Shown: piece after piece, positions 1 to 11,225 of the stretch
Position numbering within the stretch: position 1 is the first letter of the stretch
Layout of the letters: each line of letters starts with the position of its first letter
Assembly (NCBI GenBank): GCA_964035545.1
Contig: OZ037765.1
Span: 34,409,504-34,473,503 of the forward strand
Direction: 5' to 3'
Source of the DNA: Bugula neritina
Taxonomy: Eukaryota; Animalia; Bryozoa
Length of the DNA stretch: 64,000 nucleotides
Notes under the pieces: model-generated
What the model was told of the DNA's origin: nothing
What the model saw: the letters and a program-made list of their open reading frames with translations, nothing else
Database searches by the model: none
Translations under genes and position numbers: made by a program

Positions 1-478
1 TTTTTGTACCCCTATGACCGTTGTGCCCCCCCACTCCGTTACCCCTAAGATAGTTGCTTGACTGGTGTATAGACATGGCTCCTGGGGTAGAGGGTTTACA
101 TGGGAGGGGGGGGGGGTAGCATCTACGTGTCACGGCCATTACACTTTGACTTGTGTTAATTAACAGTTATGGGTAAAGTTATGCTGACAATGGACACATC
201 TACAAAGTTGATTAACTTCAAAATAAAGAGATTTTAACCATTATTTGGTGTTATAAAATCTCTCAGTACATCATCTTACAGGTGTTACTTGATTTTACAT
301 CCTTTCTAGAGTATATTATATGATATAACTATATGGCTGGTACATGGTATCAGTAGAGATATGTTACAGAGATGTCAAAAGCTAGCTTTAGTTTCTAGTA
401 TTCTACCATGTATATAGTTGTTACAGATGAGAATGAAGACTATTGAATACAACTAGAGCTGTAACCTGCGACTACAGG

Positions 479-3400
479 ATGGGTCAACGTAAATCTCTAC
501 TTCGACCCAGACCTCCACCTCAAACTCCACCTAGACCTCCACCTACACCTCCAGCTCCACTTCCATTTCGACCTCCACTTAGTAAATCTCTACCTCAAGC
601 TACGCCTCCACTTTCTGGTCAGTCTGTGTCAAGTTAGTAAATTATATAAATACAAGTACTTCAACTGCTAACTACAGAAATTTCATACTTTTTTTTATGT
701 GTTATGACATTAAGGTGCAGTAGTGGAGAAGTTGAGGTAGCCTAAGTTCTTTATTGTTCTTAATAAATTATACGTTGAGGTGCAGGTTTATATTCTCACC
801 AGAACATAACTTGTCTCTTACATTTCTTCACTACAGTTTCATTACTTTGCACCTAGCTCTGTGTTGACCATATCTGAGTATTATATTGCTTTTGTTTATT
901 ATGTGATGTTATATACCTGCTTATATTATATACTATAACTATTATACTATAACAGTATAACTATTATACTATAACTATTATACTATAACTATTATACTAT
1001 AACTATTATATTATAACTATTATACTATAACTATTATACTATAACTATTATACTGACTTATATCATATTATATTATATTACATTATATTATATTATATTA
1101 TATTATATTTTATTATATTATATTATATTATATTATAGTGGTGGTCACCTTTCACTGCCGTGTGGCCGGATCAAATCATATTATATTATAGTATAGTATG
1201 TTGTTTTATTATACTGACTTATATTATATTATATAACAAATATTATGCTGACCTATACTATAAAGTGTTATTATTATTTTATGTTATATTGTAGCTATTA
1301 TACTAACCTACATCATGTTATGTTACAATAATTATAGTAACCTTAGTTAACTGTTATATAACATGCACATTTTACTTACCTATATTACATTATATTACAT
1401 TATATTAAATTATTATATATTATTATACTATAAAATATACTGTACAGAGGTATAAACAACATGGCTACCCTTTCAACTGTCAGAATATATCACAGGATGC
1501 ATTTTGAAGTTATAAAATATCCAAGTTTACTTCAATACTGTTTATAGTGTTGAGACACTCTGTTATTTGATATCAAAGTTATTATTTATAAAATGGTGAA
1601 TATTTTGTAGAGAAGTACAAGGTGTGGTTCAACACATCCAGTATAGATGGAGCTGGTTATGGGTGGATGAAGAATGATACTACATCCTACACTATAGAAG
1701 ATATCAATGATATAAGTAGACATCATACAGTGACTCATGTTATACTGGAGAATGACATTCCTCCAAATATCAACAAACTGTTTCCTCATCTCACACATCT
1801 GAGGGTATATGGAGTATACAGCAATGCTGACTGGACCAGGTATTATGTTGTTATAATTTATAACTATATTCATAAGTGAGATATTATCTTGTAGTAGAAT
1901 GTGGAGTAATCTCCCTTCACAATAACACTAGCTTTAGTAACAACTTTTGTATTATTTACCTTATTTATTGTATTTCTATTTATGTTTCAATTTAAAGCAA
2001 GCCAATATGTGATGATTATATATAAGTAAATACTGTCATACCTGTATGTTATGTTACAGCTTATCTTCACTGAAGAATCTTGAGGTGTTGGATATATCAG
2101 AGAATAACCTATCTGAAGGTCTACCTGACAATATATTCATATCCTTACTATCATTGAGAAAGTTGAACATGAAGAGCTGTGAACTGTCAACTCTACCAAA
2201 CAGGTGTGTATTATATTATAGTGTAGAATGATACCAGAATAAATACAATATATAAATATATTATTGAATAATTGTGTAGAAGCTTCTAATATTTTGTGAT
2301 GTACAAAAATTGACTTGTATCAACTAATTACATTATATAAATCATTATACATAATATATGTGATGTCATGTCTTTACTATTCTATTCTATCAGATGTACT
2401 CAGTAAGACATGGTGTGACAACTTGGAACTTTTTACTCTGATAAATATTGGTATATAAAGTTGCTATAATATTATGAAATGCTCATAAGTGACCTCTTAT
2501 GATATTGTTGAGTAGAATGTACAGTATATAGTTCAATTACCTTTCATAATTTTCTACCTGTATGTTATGTTACAGCATATCTTCACTGAAGAATCTTGAG
2601 GTATTGGATATATCAGGGAATTACCTATCTGAAGGTTTACCTGACAATATATTCACATCCTTACTATCATTGAGAGAGTTGAACATGAGTTGGTGTAGAC
2701 TGTCAACTCTACCAAACAGGTGTGTATTATATTATGGTGTAAAAAGATACCAGAATAAATACAATATATAAATATAATATTGAATAATTGTGTAGAAGCT
2801 TCTAATCATTTGTGATGTACATAAATTGACTTGTATCAACTAATTACATTATATAAATCATTATACATAATATATGTGATGTCATGTCTTTACTATTCTA
2901 TTCTATCAGATGTAAGACATGGTGTGACAACTTGGAACTTTATACTCTGATAAATATTGGTATATAAAGTTGCTATAATATTATGAAATGCTCATAAGTG
3001 ACCTCTTATGATATTGTTGAGTAGAATGTACAGTATATATAGTTCAATTACCTTTCATGATTTTCTACCTGTATGTTATGGTACAGCATATCTTCACTGA
3101 AGAACCTTGAGGTATTGAATATATCAGGGAATAACCTATCTGAAGGTCTACCTGACAATATATTCACATCCTTACTATCATTGAGAGAGTTGTACATGAG
3201 TTGGTGTGAACTGTCAACTCTACCAAACAGGTGTGTATTATATCATACATTATGAAGTTATCTGCACTATCTTTATTGAGTCAACTAGACTCTGTGTATA
3301 TTATACATCACAAGTCAATTATTGTATTCTATTCTATTAGATGTACTCAGATAGAAATGGTGTAATAACTTCTCACTTACTCCTCTAATAAATTATTTTG

Positions 3401-6400
3401 CTGTGTAGCAGTTTATATTGGCACCAGGTATAAAATTTGTTATAGTATAAAATTATATCCATATAAGTTAGATCCTCTCTTGTAGCTGAGTGTAATGTGA
3501 AGCTGTTATACATTTCTCTTTCTCTTTGAAATAACCCGAGCCTAGTAGCAACTGCTGTATTATTTATCTGGCTCTTAGTGGTCAGATCAAGAGTTAAATA
3601 AAACTAAATTATTCTTATTCAATAATAATACTTTTATATAGTAAGTCAACTTACTACCTTTTCGTTATGTTACAGCATATCTTCACTGAAGAATCTTGAG
3701 GTATTGAATATATCATGGAATAACCTATCTGAAGGTCTACCTGACAATATATTCACATCCTTACTATCATTGAGAGAGTTGAGCATGGGTTACTGTAAAC
3801 TGTCAACTCTACCAAACAGGTGTGTATTATATTATAGTGTAAAATGATACTGTAAAAAACATAATATATATAAACACAAGGTGAATATATTTGTGTAGAA
3901 ACTTATGACGTAATATTTTACCATAATTAGAGTGACTTATAATATTATAATTATGTCTATTATGAGATATATTACAGTATTATACTGAGATATATTATAA
4001 TGTTATACTGAGATATATTATAATGTTGTACTGCGATATATTATAATGTTATACTGAGATATATTATAATGTTATACTGGGATATATTATAGTATTATAC
4101 TGAGATATACTATAGTATTATACTGAGATATAATATAATATTATACTGAGATATATTATAATGTTATACTGAGGTATATTATAATGTTATACTGAGATAT
4201 ATTATAATACTATACTGAGATATATTATAATGTTATACTGAGATGTATTATAATGTTATACTGAGGTATATTATAATGTTATACTGAGATATATTATAAT
4301 GTTATACTGAGATGTATTATAATGTTATACTGAGGTATATTATAATGTTATACTGAGATATATCATAATGGCAGTCAGTTACTGTGTGATGCATTGTATC
4401 ATTTACCTGCTCCAACTTGCATCAAATACCTGGGAGTATAACTCCTAACAGCTATAAAATCTATACAAAAAGCTATAAATATTATAGCAGAATCCTAAAT
4501 ATTCATTATAATGGTAATCGAGAGCATTTTATATATTCATTATAATGGTATATATTAGAGAGTATATTATAGAATTATATTATTTATTCTCATACCAAAA
4601 CAGTATTTGTATTTCTCTCAGCATACAGAGTCTACAGAGGTTAGAGAAACTGGACATATCATCAAATAAGTTCACCAGTTTACCATCTCCTGTGTACACA
4701 CTGAGTAGTCTGCAGAAGCTGGATATATCATCCAACTACTCCCTGACATCCTTAGATCCTGAGATACTACAGCTAACTCAACTTCGTACACTGGATGTTA
4801 GATATTGTAAAGCTCTCACCTCTCCTCCACAAGAAATATGTAAGAGAGGAGTAGATGCTGTGAGACAATACTACACAGATTTGGCTAAAGGTGCTGGTAG
4901 AAGTCTACCATTTGCTACTATAGCTGTGCTGGGTAATACTATGGCTGGGAAGACCAGTCTAATCAGAACATTACAGAATGCTGACAGAAAGAGAGTTCTG
5001 ACCAACAGAGGGCCAGATGCTGTGAGAGATGAGACAACAAAGGTGTTTAATGTTGAAGAAGTGGAGGTGGATGGTACAGTTCTCCGTGTCATAGATATGG
5101 GAGGCCAGGAGGTCTACCATATTACCTATCAACTGACACTGAGACAGAATTGCATTCCAGTCATAGTAGTCAACATGGAGCAGTATGAGGAGATTTCAAG
5201 TGAATCAACACACAGAGAAGCTTTTAGAAGATTAGCCTTTAATTACATGTCTCACCTCTATCTGGCTAACCCAACTCTGGGTGCTCCAAAACTTATCTTC
5301 ACACATAAAGATAAGTTTCAAAGTACAGAATTTCAGAAGCTTCAAAAGATTTTCCTTGAGACATCCGATCAACTGTGTGAGGAGATGATTAAAGAAGAGA
5401 AAGCATTGGGTGGAGAATTTGCTCAAATCAAACATTTCAGTGAATCAACTGAAGGAGTCTTTCTTGATGAGGACATTTATGAGGTGGGGAAAGATGATAA
5501 GTATGAAGTGTTTGACCTGATCAAGTTGTCTCTTCTTCAAAGCAGTCACCATTTTGTGAAACCTTTACCTTTGGTTTGGGAGGAAGTAAATGAAAAAGTG
5601 CTGTCTATCCCCTCTGTGTACAGCACCTTTGATGAGATACTGAAATACGTGCAAACCGAACTTCGACAAATTGAGTCAAGTCAGCTGGATATAATCCTCA
5701 CATACATGCATGACTGCGGCAAAGTCTTGTGGTATAAAAATATCAGCTCTCTCCGGCCATACATATTCCACAAAATTTCACAAGTCACCAAACTTCTCTG
5801 TGTCTTGTATCATCATGATGCTAACATATGGCAGAGTAGAGTTGACAAGTTCCAGCCATATTTTTCAGAGGATGGGATGCCTGTTGAAAAAGAAGACTTT
5901 GAAAGATTTGTTAATCATTTCACTGAGACTGGTTTGATGGTGCAATGCCTTCTCACTCATCTGGTTAAACAAGAAACACCATTTACTAGTCTGGAAGATG
6001 TAAAAGTTGCTGTTTGCTTGCTCCTCACATTCCGTTTGTTATATGGTCCTTTACCTGGTGATTTCAAGGAGCCCTGTTTTATTGTTCCTCAGTTTGCCAA
6101 CGACCTCTTTGATGCCACTTACTTTTCGCCAAAAAATATGCTTCTTCGAGTTGAAACCCAATTCAATGGCTTAGCGCTACCGCAATATGTCTACCAGCAG
6201 ATGAATGTTGGTTTGCTAGAGTTGTTTTCCGACGAATTTGCTGTGATTAAAGTGAAGAAAAATGGCGCCAATGTCTATCAAGATGGAATCTACACACAGT
6301 TGGTACACGACTACAAATCTAGAAAAGTGTCACTCCACGTGTCATCTAATGCTGCCAACATCAGCAGAATGTGGGAGAGACTCATCACCACCAACAACAA

Positions 6401-9189
6401 TATCCTTAGACATGTTCTACAAACTTGGACAGCGAGTAGACCAGTCACTACATGCTACTGTGCTCACTGTCTTCTGCTAGGACTGCCTTGTCCTAACAAA
6501 GTGCTCAATCCTCCGTGGTGTCTTCGCTCCTTGAAACATTCTACACCAACAAGTCCCAGACTGTGCAGCGGATCTTCAACAACCCTGTGTGGTGATGAGG
6601 AGATACCCAGTGCTCTTCTCTATCCATGTACGTGTAATTTTATTTCAAAAAATAGTTGATTTCTCTGTTGTTTATTTATCAACTTCTATTATTGGAATAA
6701 TTTTTCTGGTAACTGACAGTTTTTCATTCTCCAGGCAGTCCTCTCTCTCCAGAAGAAGCTGATAACATAAAAGAATGTGTCAACAAACTGAGATCTGCAA
6801 GAGAAGAGACTGCTTCAACTGTTTCTGGTATGATCGGTTTTCTATCATAAACTGTTACTGTTAGAAGTAACATTCTTTGCCTGAGCTCAGTCATATGTAA
6901 ACAGCAAAGGACAAGAACTCATGACCCTTAGTTATATAGGCTCTCTGCAAAAGCTCACACACCTTCAATTGTTTTAATTTATTTGTATAATTATTGACAG
7001 AAAAACACTCAAGTATTGATTCTGTTCATTTTTTATAGTCTTTTTGATACTTAGTTTCTGTTACTTAGCACTGAATATATCACCTTTTGTTTTCTTTTAG
7101 AGATAGGTGGAGAAAAGAATTTGTTAACTCAAACTACCTCAGTCCTTGTTGAAAACGACAACATCAGTGAATGCTCTGATATAGAAGAAGAAGGATATGC
7201 TGATTTCACTAAAGATGACCTTGAACCTTTTATATCTCAGGTTGAGGGTATGCAGCTGAAACCTACCAACAATGAACCAGTGAAACAGCTGTTTGACAAC
7301 CACAAACAGGTAAAACAAGTTTTTCGATTTCTTTTTAGATCATTGATTAATATTTTTTTGATATTATGGCTCTTCATCTAATTTCTATTACATTTCATAC
7401 TTGATTTGATTAATCCATTTTCTGTTGTCTACTTTTAGTAATATAAAATTGATTGGTTTGCAGGTTTATAAGATGAGTGACCCTGTTAGAGGTCGTGTCA
7501 TGATCATAAACATTGAGAGATTCTTTAGAGATGATGGCAGTGAACTGACTGAGGCAACCCGAGATGGTTCATACATCGACTATGTTAACATCAAAACTCT
7601 GTTGAAAGACATGGGATTTGTTGTAGCCAATGAAGATGATCCTCTGTTTGACCTGAGTAAACAGGTTACTGTATCATTTTCTTATCTTTTCCTGTAGTTT
7701 ATCCTCCCCAGGCTGTAGCTAGCGGTGATATATAGCAAGTATTTTTACTGCAGAACGGAGGCATTGCATTCCAACAAATCTACAATAATATGTTGTTAAC
7801 TTGTATTCAGGTTGTTTGTTTTTCTCAGTTCTGAGTTTTAGTTTAGAAACAGCAGCACTACTTAATAGTTTATCTTTGTGATAAATATTTCAATATAACT
7901 TTGAAGCAGCTTTGGCTTTGGCGTAGACACATTTACTTATTCAAACTTGTTTTTACACACCATTATATACTTTTATTTTACCAGGAGCTATTATCAGAAG
8001 TGAGGAAGGAGACCACCCACAGAGACCACAAAAATCTTGGCATGTTCATTCTAGTCATCATGTCACATGGAACTTCTGGAAACATCTTCTATGACAAATA
8101 CTGTAAATCTGTCAACTTGTCAGAAGTCAAAGATTTACTCTCAGCTAGTAACTTTCCTGCTATGAGAGGAAAACCCAAACTCATCATCTTCCATGCCTGT
8201 TCTGGCAGTGAGTAATGCAGAGTTGTTCCTCATTTTACTAGAACTAGCAGTTATATTACATAATTCCCTATAACTATAACATCAATTTAAGGAATCATTA
8301 TTTTCAAGATACCTGATGTTATTGGAGTATGCCTATGTGGAAGTGAGCTACACCTCATAACTGGAATCCAATAAACAGTGCTGTGTAATAGAGTTCTGCT
8401 TGTGAATCCAGTCCTAACTTATTACTCACCATCATACCACAGAGTCTACATCTTATGTATTTTATATACAGGCAGAGCTGACTTTGGTAATGCTGCACAG
8501 ACACAAAGCCCAGACACCGTCTCACCACCAACACCAACCCCTCTAACCTCATCTTCTGCAACAGCTGGGAGTGAGTCTTCTGCAGGTCAACATGTGTCTC
8601 CAAATATTCACTTTGATAGATTCACTCACCTAGATGCTGATGACTTCTACATTGTGAAGCCAAGTACAGAAAGTTAGTGAGAAGAAAATTATATTTGAGT
8701 CGACTGAAACTTTTATTTGTGCAAATTAAGATATTTGTTGCATGTAAATAAAATTGTTGCAAATTTTAAATATAAAATAATTTACATCATAATCTGAGAT
8801 TCATATTTAACTACTCAATTTCATGTGTTGCAGCTTACAAGGCTGGTAGGAATGAGAATTATGGTACCTGGTTTATCAGAATACTGGTGGCTACATTCTA
8901 CAGACACAGCTGTCACAGAGATGTTAGTGAGCTGTTTAGGATAGTAAGTACTTCAGTATTACTCTTTGTATGATACTGTGGAGCGTATTGAGTCATCAGC
9001 TTTATATTTCGCTTATATTTATACTTACAGATACAAGACAGAGTTAGACGAGTCAGTATTGCATATTGTAAGAAGACAGGAGATGAAGCAGCTGGTGGTA
9101 ATGTACCTAATTGTCAGGAATGTACTTTCACTCACCTCAGAAAACTTTTCTTTTTTCCAAAGTTTCATGGCAGACAACTCCCACAGTGA
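479..9189 (+). CDS. LRR-Roc-COR (Roco/MFHAS1-like GTPase) fused to a C-terminal caspase (peptidase C14A); 14 coding exons, ~1381 aa
   Basis: Exons: 479-617, 1611-1839, 2060-2203, 2576-2719, 3087-3230, 3676-3819, 4622-6627, 6735-6827, 7101-7309, 7464-7664, 7985-8207, 8472-8672, 8834-8943, 9031-9189. All introns are GT-AG with compatible phases; total 4146 nt, no internal stop. Motifs: LRRs (LKNLEVLDISxNxL); Roco hinge PPQEICKRGVDAVRQY; P-loop GNTMAGKTS; G3 DMGGQ; G4 THKD; COR LTYMHDCGKVLWY. Caspase large subunit YKMSDPVRGRVMIINIERF, RDGSYID, IMSHG, GKPKLIIFHACSG; small subunit GTWFIRIL and LRKLFFFP. The start codon is the least certain element. Confidence 0.88.
928..1137. repeat. Intronic AT-rich minisatellites: (ATACTATAACTATT)n followed by (ATTAT)n
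   Basis: Directly visible tandem units in intron 1 of the Roco-caspase gene. Confidence 0.85.
2030..3850 (+). repeat. Tandem array of four LRR exon+intron units (exon-start spacing 516, 511, 589 bp)
   Basis: Four near-identical 144-nt phase-2/phase-2 exons, each encoding two LRRs. The introns after exons 1 and 2 are almost identical; the third is more diverged. Confidence 0.95.
3960..4370. repeat. ~24-bp minisatellite (TTATACTGAGATATATTATAATG-like)
   Basis: Tandem units in the intron between the LRR exon array and the large Roc-COR exon. Confidence 0.85.
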
Positions 9190-9884
9190 GTGACGTCTGC
9201 AGCACATCACGTGTTCACATGCAGCAGACACAGACCTGCCATATTAGCTAGATACTTGCAGCTGCTAGACAGACCTGTCATGTCTTTGATTTTATGCAAT
9301 CGTTTCTAATTTTTTTAGTTTATATATTTTTCATGTACCTGTGACATTATTTTTATTCTGCTAAGTTTTTTATACAAGCTTTTCAAATTTACCAATTTAT
9401 TTGTAAACAGTTGATAGACGTTATCACATATTGGTGAGCAGTAGCTCTTTCATACTGTAAGACTTGATCAATATCAGCTGGGAGTGGAAAGTCATGCTTC
9501 GACCCCACATTTAAGTTATTAGTGGAATCAGTGGTCACTGTTCCCATTACTGCTTTTTCAGTCTCTTAGCTGCTATAAATAGAGACATGATGGGTTACAC
9601 AAAGGATTTTATGAATATTTATATTACATAATATGTAAAAGTATGATAGTAATAATAGGTAGCTTTTTCTTTGCTATGTACAAGCTATCAAATTATAGCT
9701 GTTGTAGTTAAACACTGACAGAAGGTAGCAGTATTTTAACTTCTGTTGTAACTGAAACCTCAGTGATCAGCCAATCAATATATAGTTGTGGTTTATTGTT
9801 AGTTTGTGGTTTTAATGATTTCTTTTAGTTGCCACTTATGCAGTTTTTATATCAAAAGTGATTGTATGTTTTTATAAATATATA

Positions 9885-10045
9885 TTATATCTACCCGTAC
9901 ACTATACTATATCTACTCTATACTATACTATATCTACTCCTTACACTATACTATATCTACTCTATACACTATACTATATATACTCTACACACTATACTAT
10001 ATCTACTCTATATACTATACTATATCTACTCTATACACTATACTA
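9885..10045. repeat. TA/C-rich minisatellite (ACTATACTATATCTACTCTATAC-like)
   Basis: Visible tandem units; these produce the spurious ORFs 9858..10046 and 9862..10167. Confidence 0.8.
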
Positions 10046-10777
10046 GTACTGCAGGCTGCATGTTTTTAGCATATATAAAAATGGAGCATTTAAAAGGCGG
10101 TTGTCCACTCGAATTCATATACGTGTGCAAAATAATTTTATCTGTTGACCCTTTGAGGGTCACATGAATGTCAGCGGGGGGGGCACATTCGGGGCTACCT
10201 GTTGGACAGCCCTGCGTTTTAAAGGATTGCTCTATCTTAATTTATTACAATCACATTATAATTATGAACTATAATCTAATGTGTATGCAAACAATTGTGA
10301 CTTTGCAAAAGGATATATGCCTAGAAAACAGCTTTTCAAAATTCCAATTTTGAGGGAGGTAAAATTTTCAGCCATGAAAAAGAATAGCCTAATACGTGAC
10401 ATGTGAACGCCAGTAACTATGCTGCACGTGCTAACTCTAACGCTAGTATTCAAGGTTGCCGAGCGCAACATCAACCAATAACGCTCAAGCAGTTACAGTG
10501 CGCTATATAGGTCAGCTTTGGTGTGCCCGCAATATTGCACAATCTAACCTAGTTTAGATCGATCCGCAGGCATTCATCCTAAAGAATGCATGTTTTTGCA
10601 ATGCTTTTTTCTGTGTTTACAAGCAAAATATGGCTTAATGTTATCACATACATGTTATTTAAAATGTCAAAAAACTATAGATTGAGATAATTCACATTTG
10701 CACTTCTATAAATATACAAATTACGAGCTGAAAGATCACATCTCACAGTCATATTTCTATAGTTATTCATTTGTATA

Positions 10778-10787
10778 GTCACGTGAC
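10778..10787. promoter_or_regulatory. Palindromic extended E-box GTCACGTGAC ~440 bp upstream of the NOL11 start codon
   Basis: Perfect 10-bp palindrome in a locally CpG-richer region. Myc/USF-type E-boxes are typical of ribosome-biogenesis promoters. Function is inferred only. Confidence 0.35.
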
Positions 10788-11225
10788 AAGCAGGAATGCT
10801 GGCGCTGTTACGTCACATTTCCCAGCTCATTTCAAAATCGGCGTTTTGGCTGTTACCAATCTACACCCTCAACTTCAACTAACTTTTTCTACCTTTGGTC
10901 AAATGCTTTTTGTCAATGCATGCTTAGAAAAACACAATATTATGTGTGTTTGACCTAAATGGCCATTTATTAGACAAGATAGAGCAATCCTTTAAGCAAC
11001 AAGCAATAAGTGTTTTAGGAGTTGTATTCCTTTCGAGTAAAAATTTACTTCGCTTCAGCTATGGTTTCAAACCAAAATTCCAGTAATTAAAATATATAGA
11101 AAAATTAAGTGTTTTCAAAAAAAAATTCACGAGTGAAATTTTTTTTAAAACTTGGTTTTTGAACATTTTTAATACGCGAACGGTAGGATAAAAACACTAC
11201 CAAAGCAGTTCCGGCATAAAAAGTC

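Noticed and set aside
4545-6659. Stand-alone 704-aa single-exon Roco gene
   Set aside because: The first 25 codons are AT-rich intron before the acceptor at 4621, and a donor at 6628 splices in phase to the caspase exons. A read-through isoform lacking the caspase cannot be excluded.
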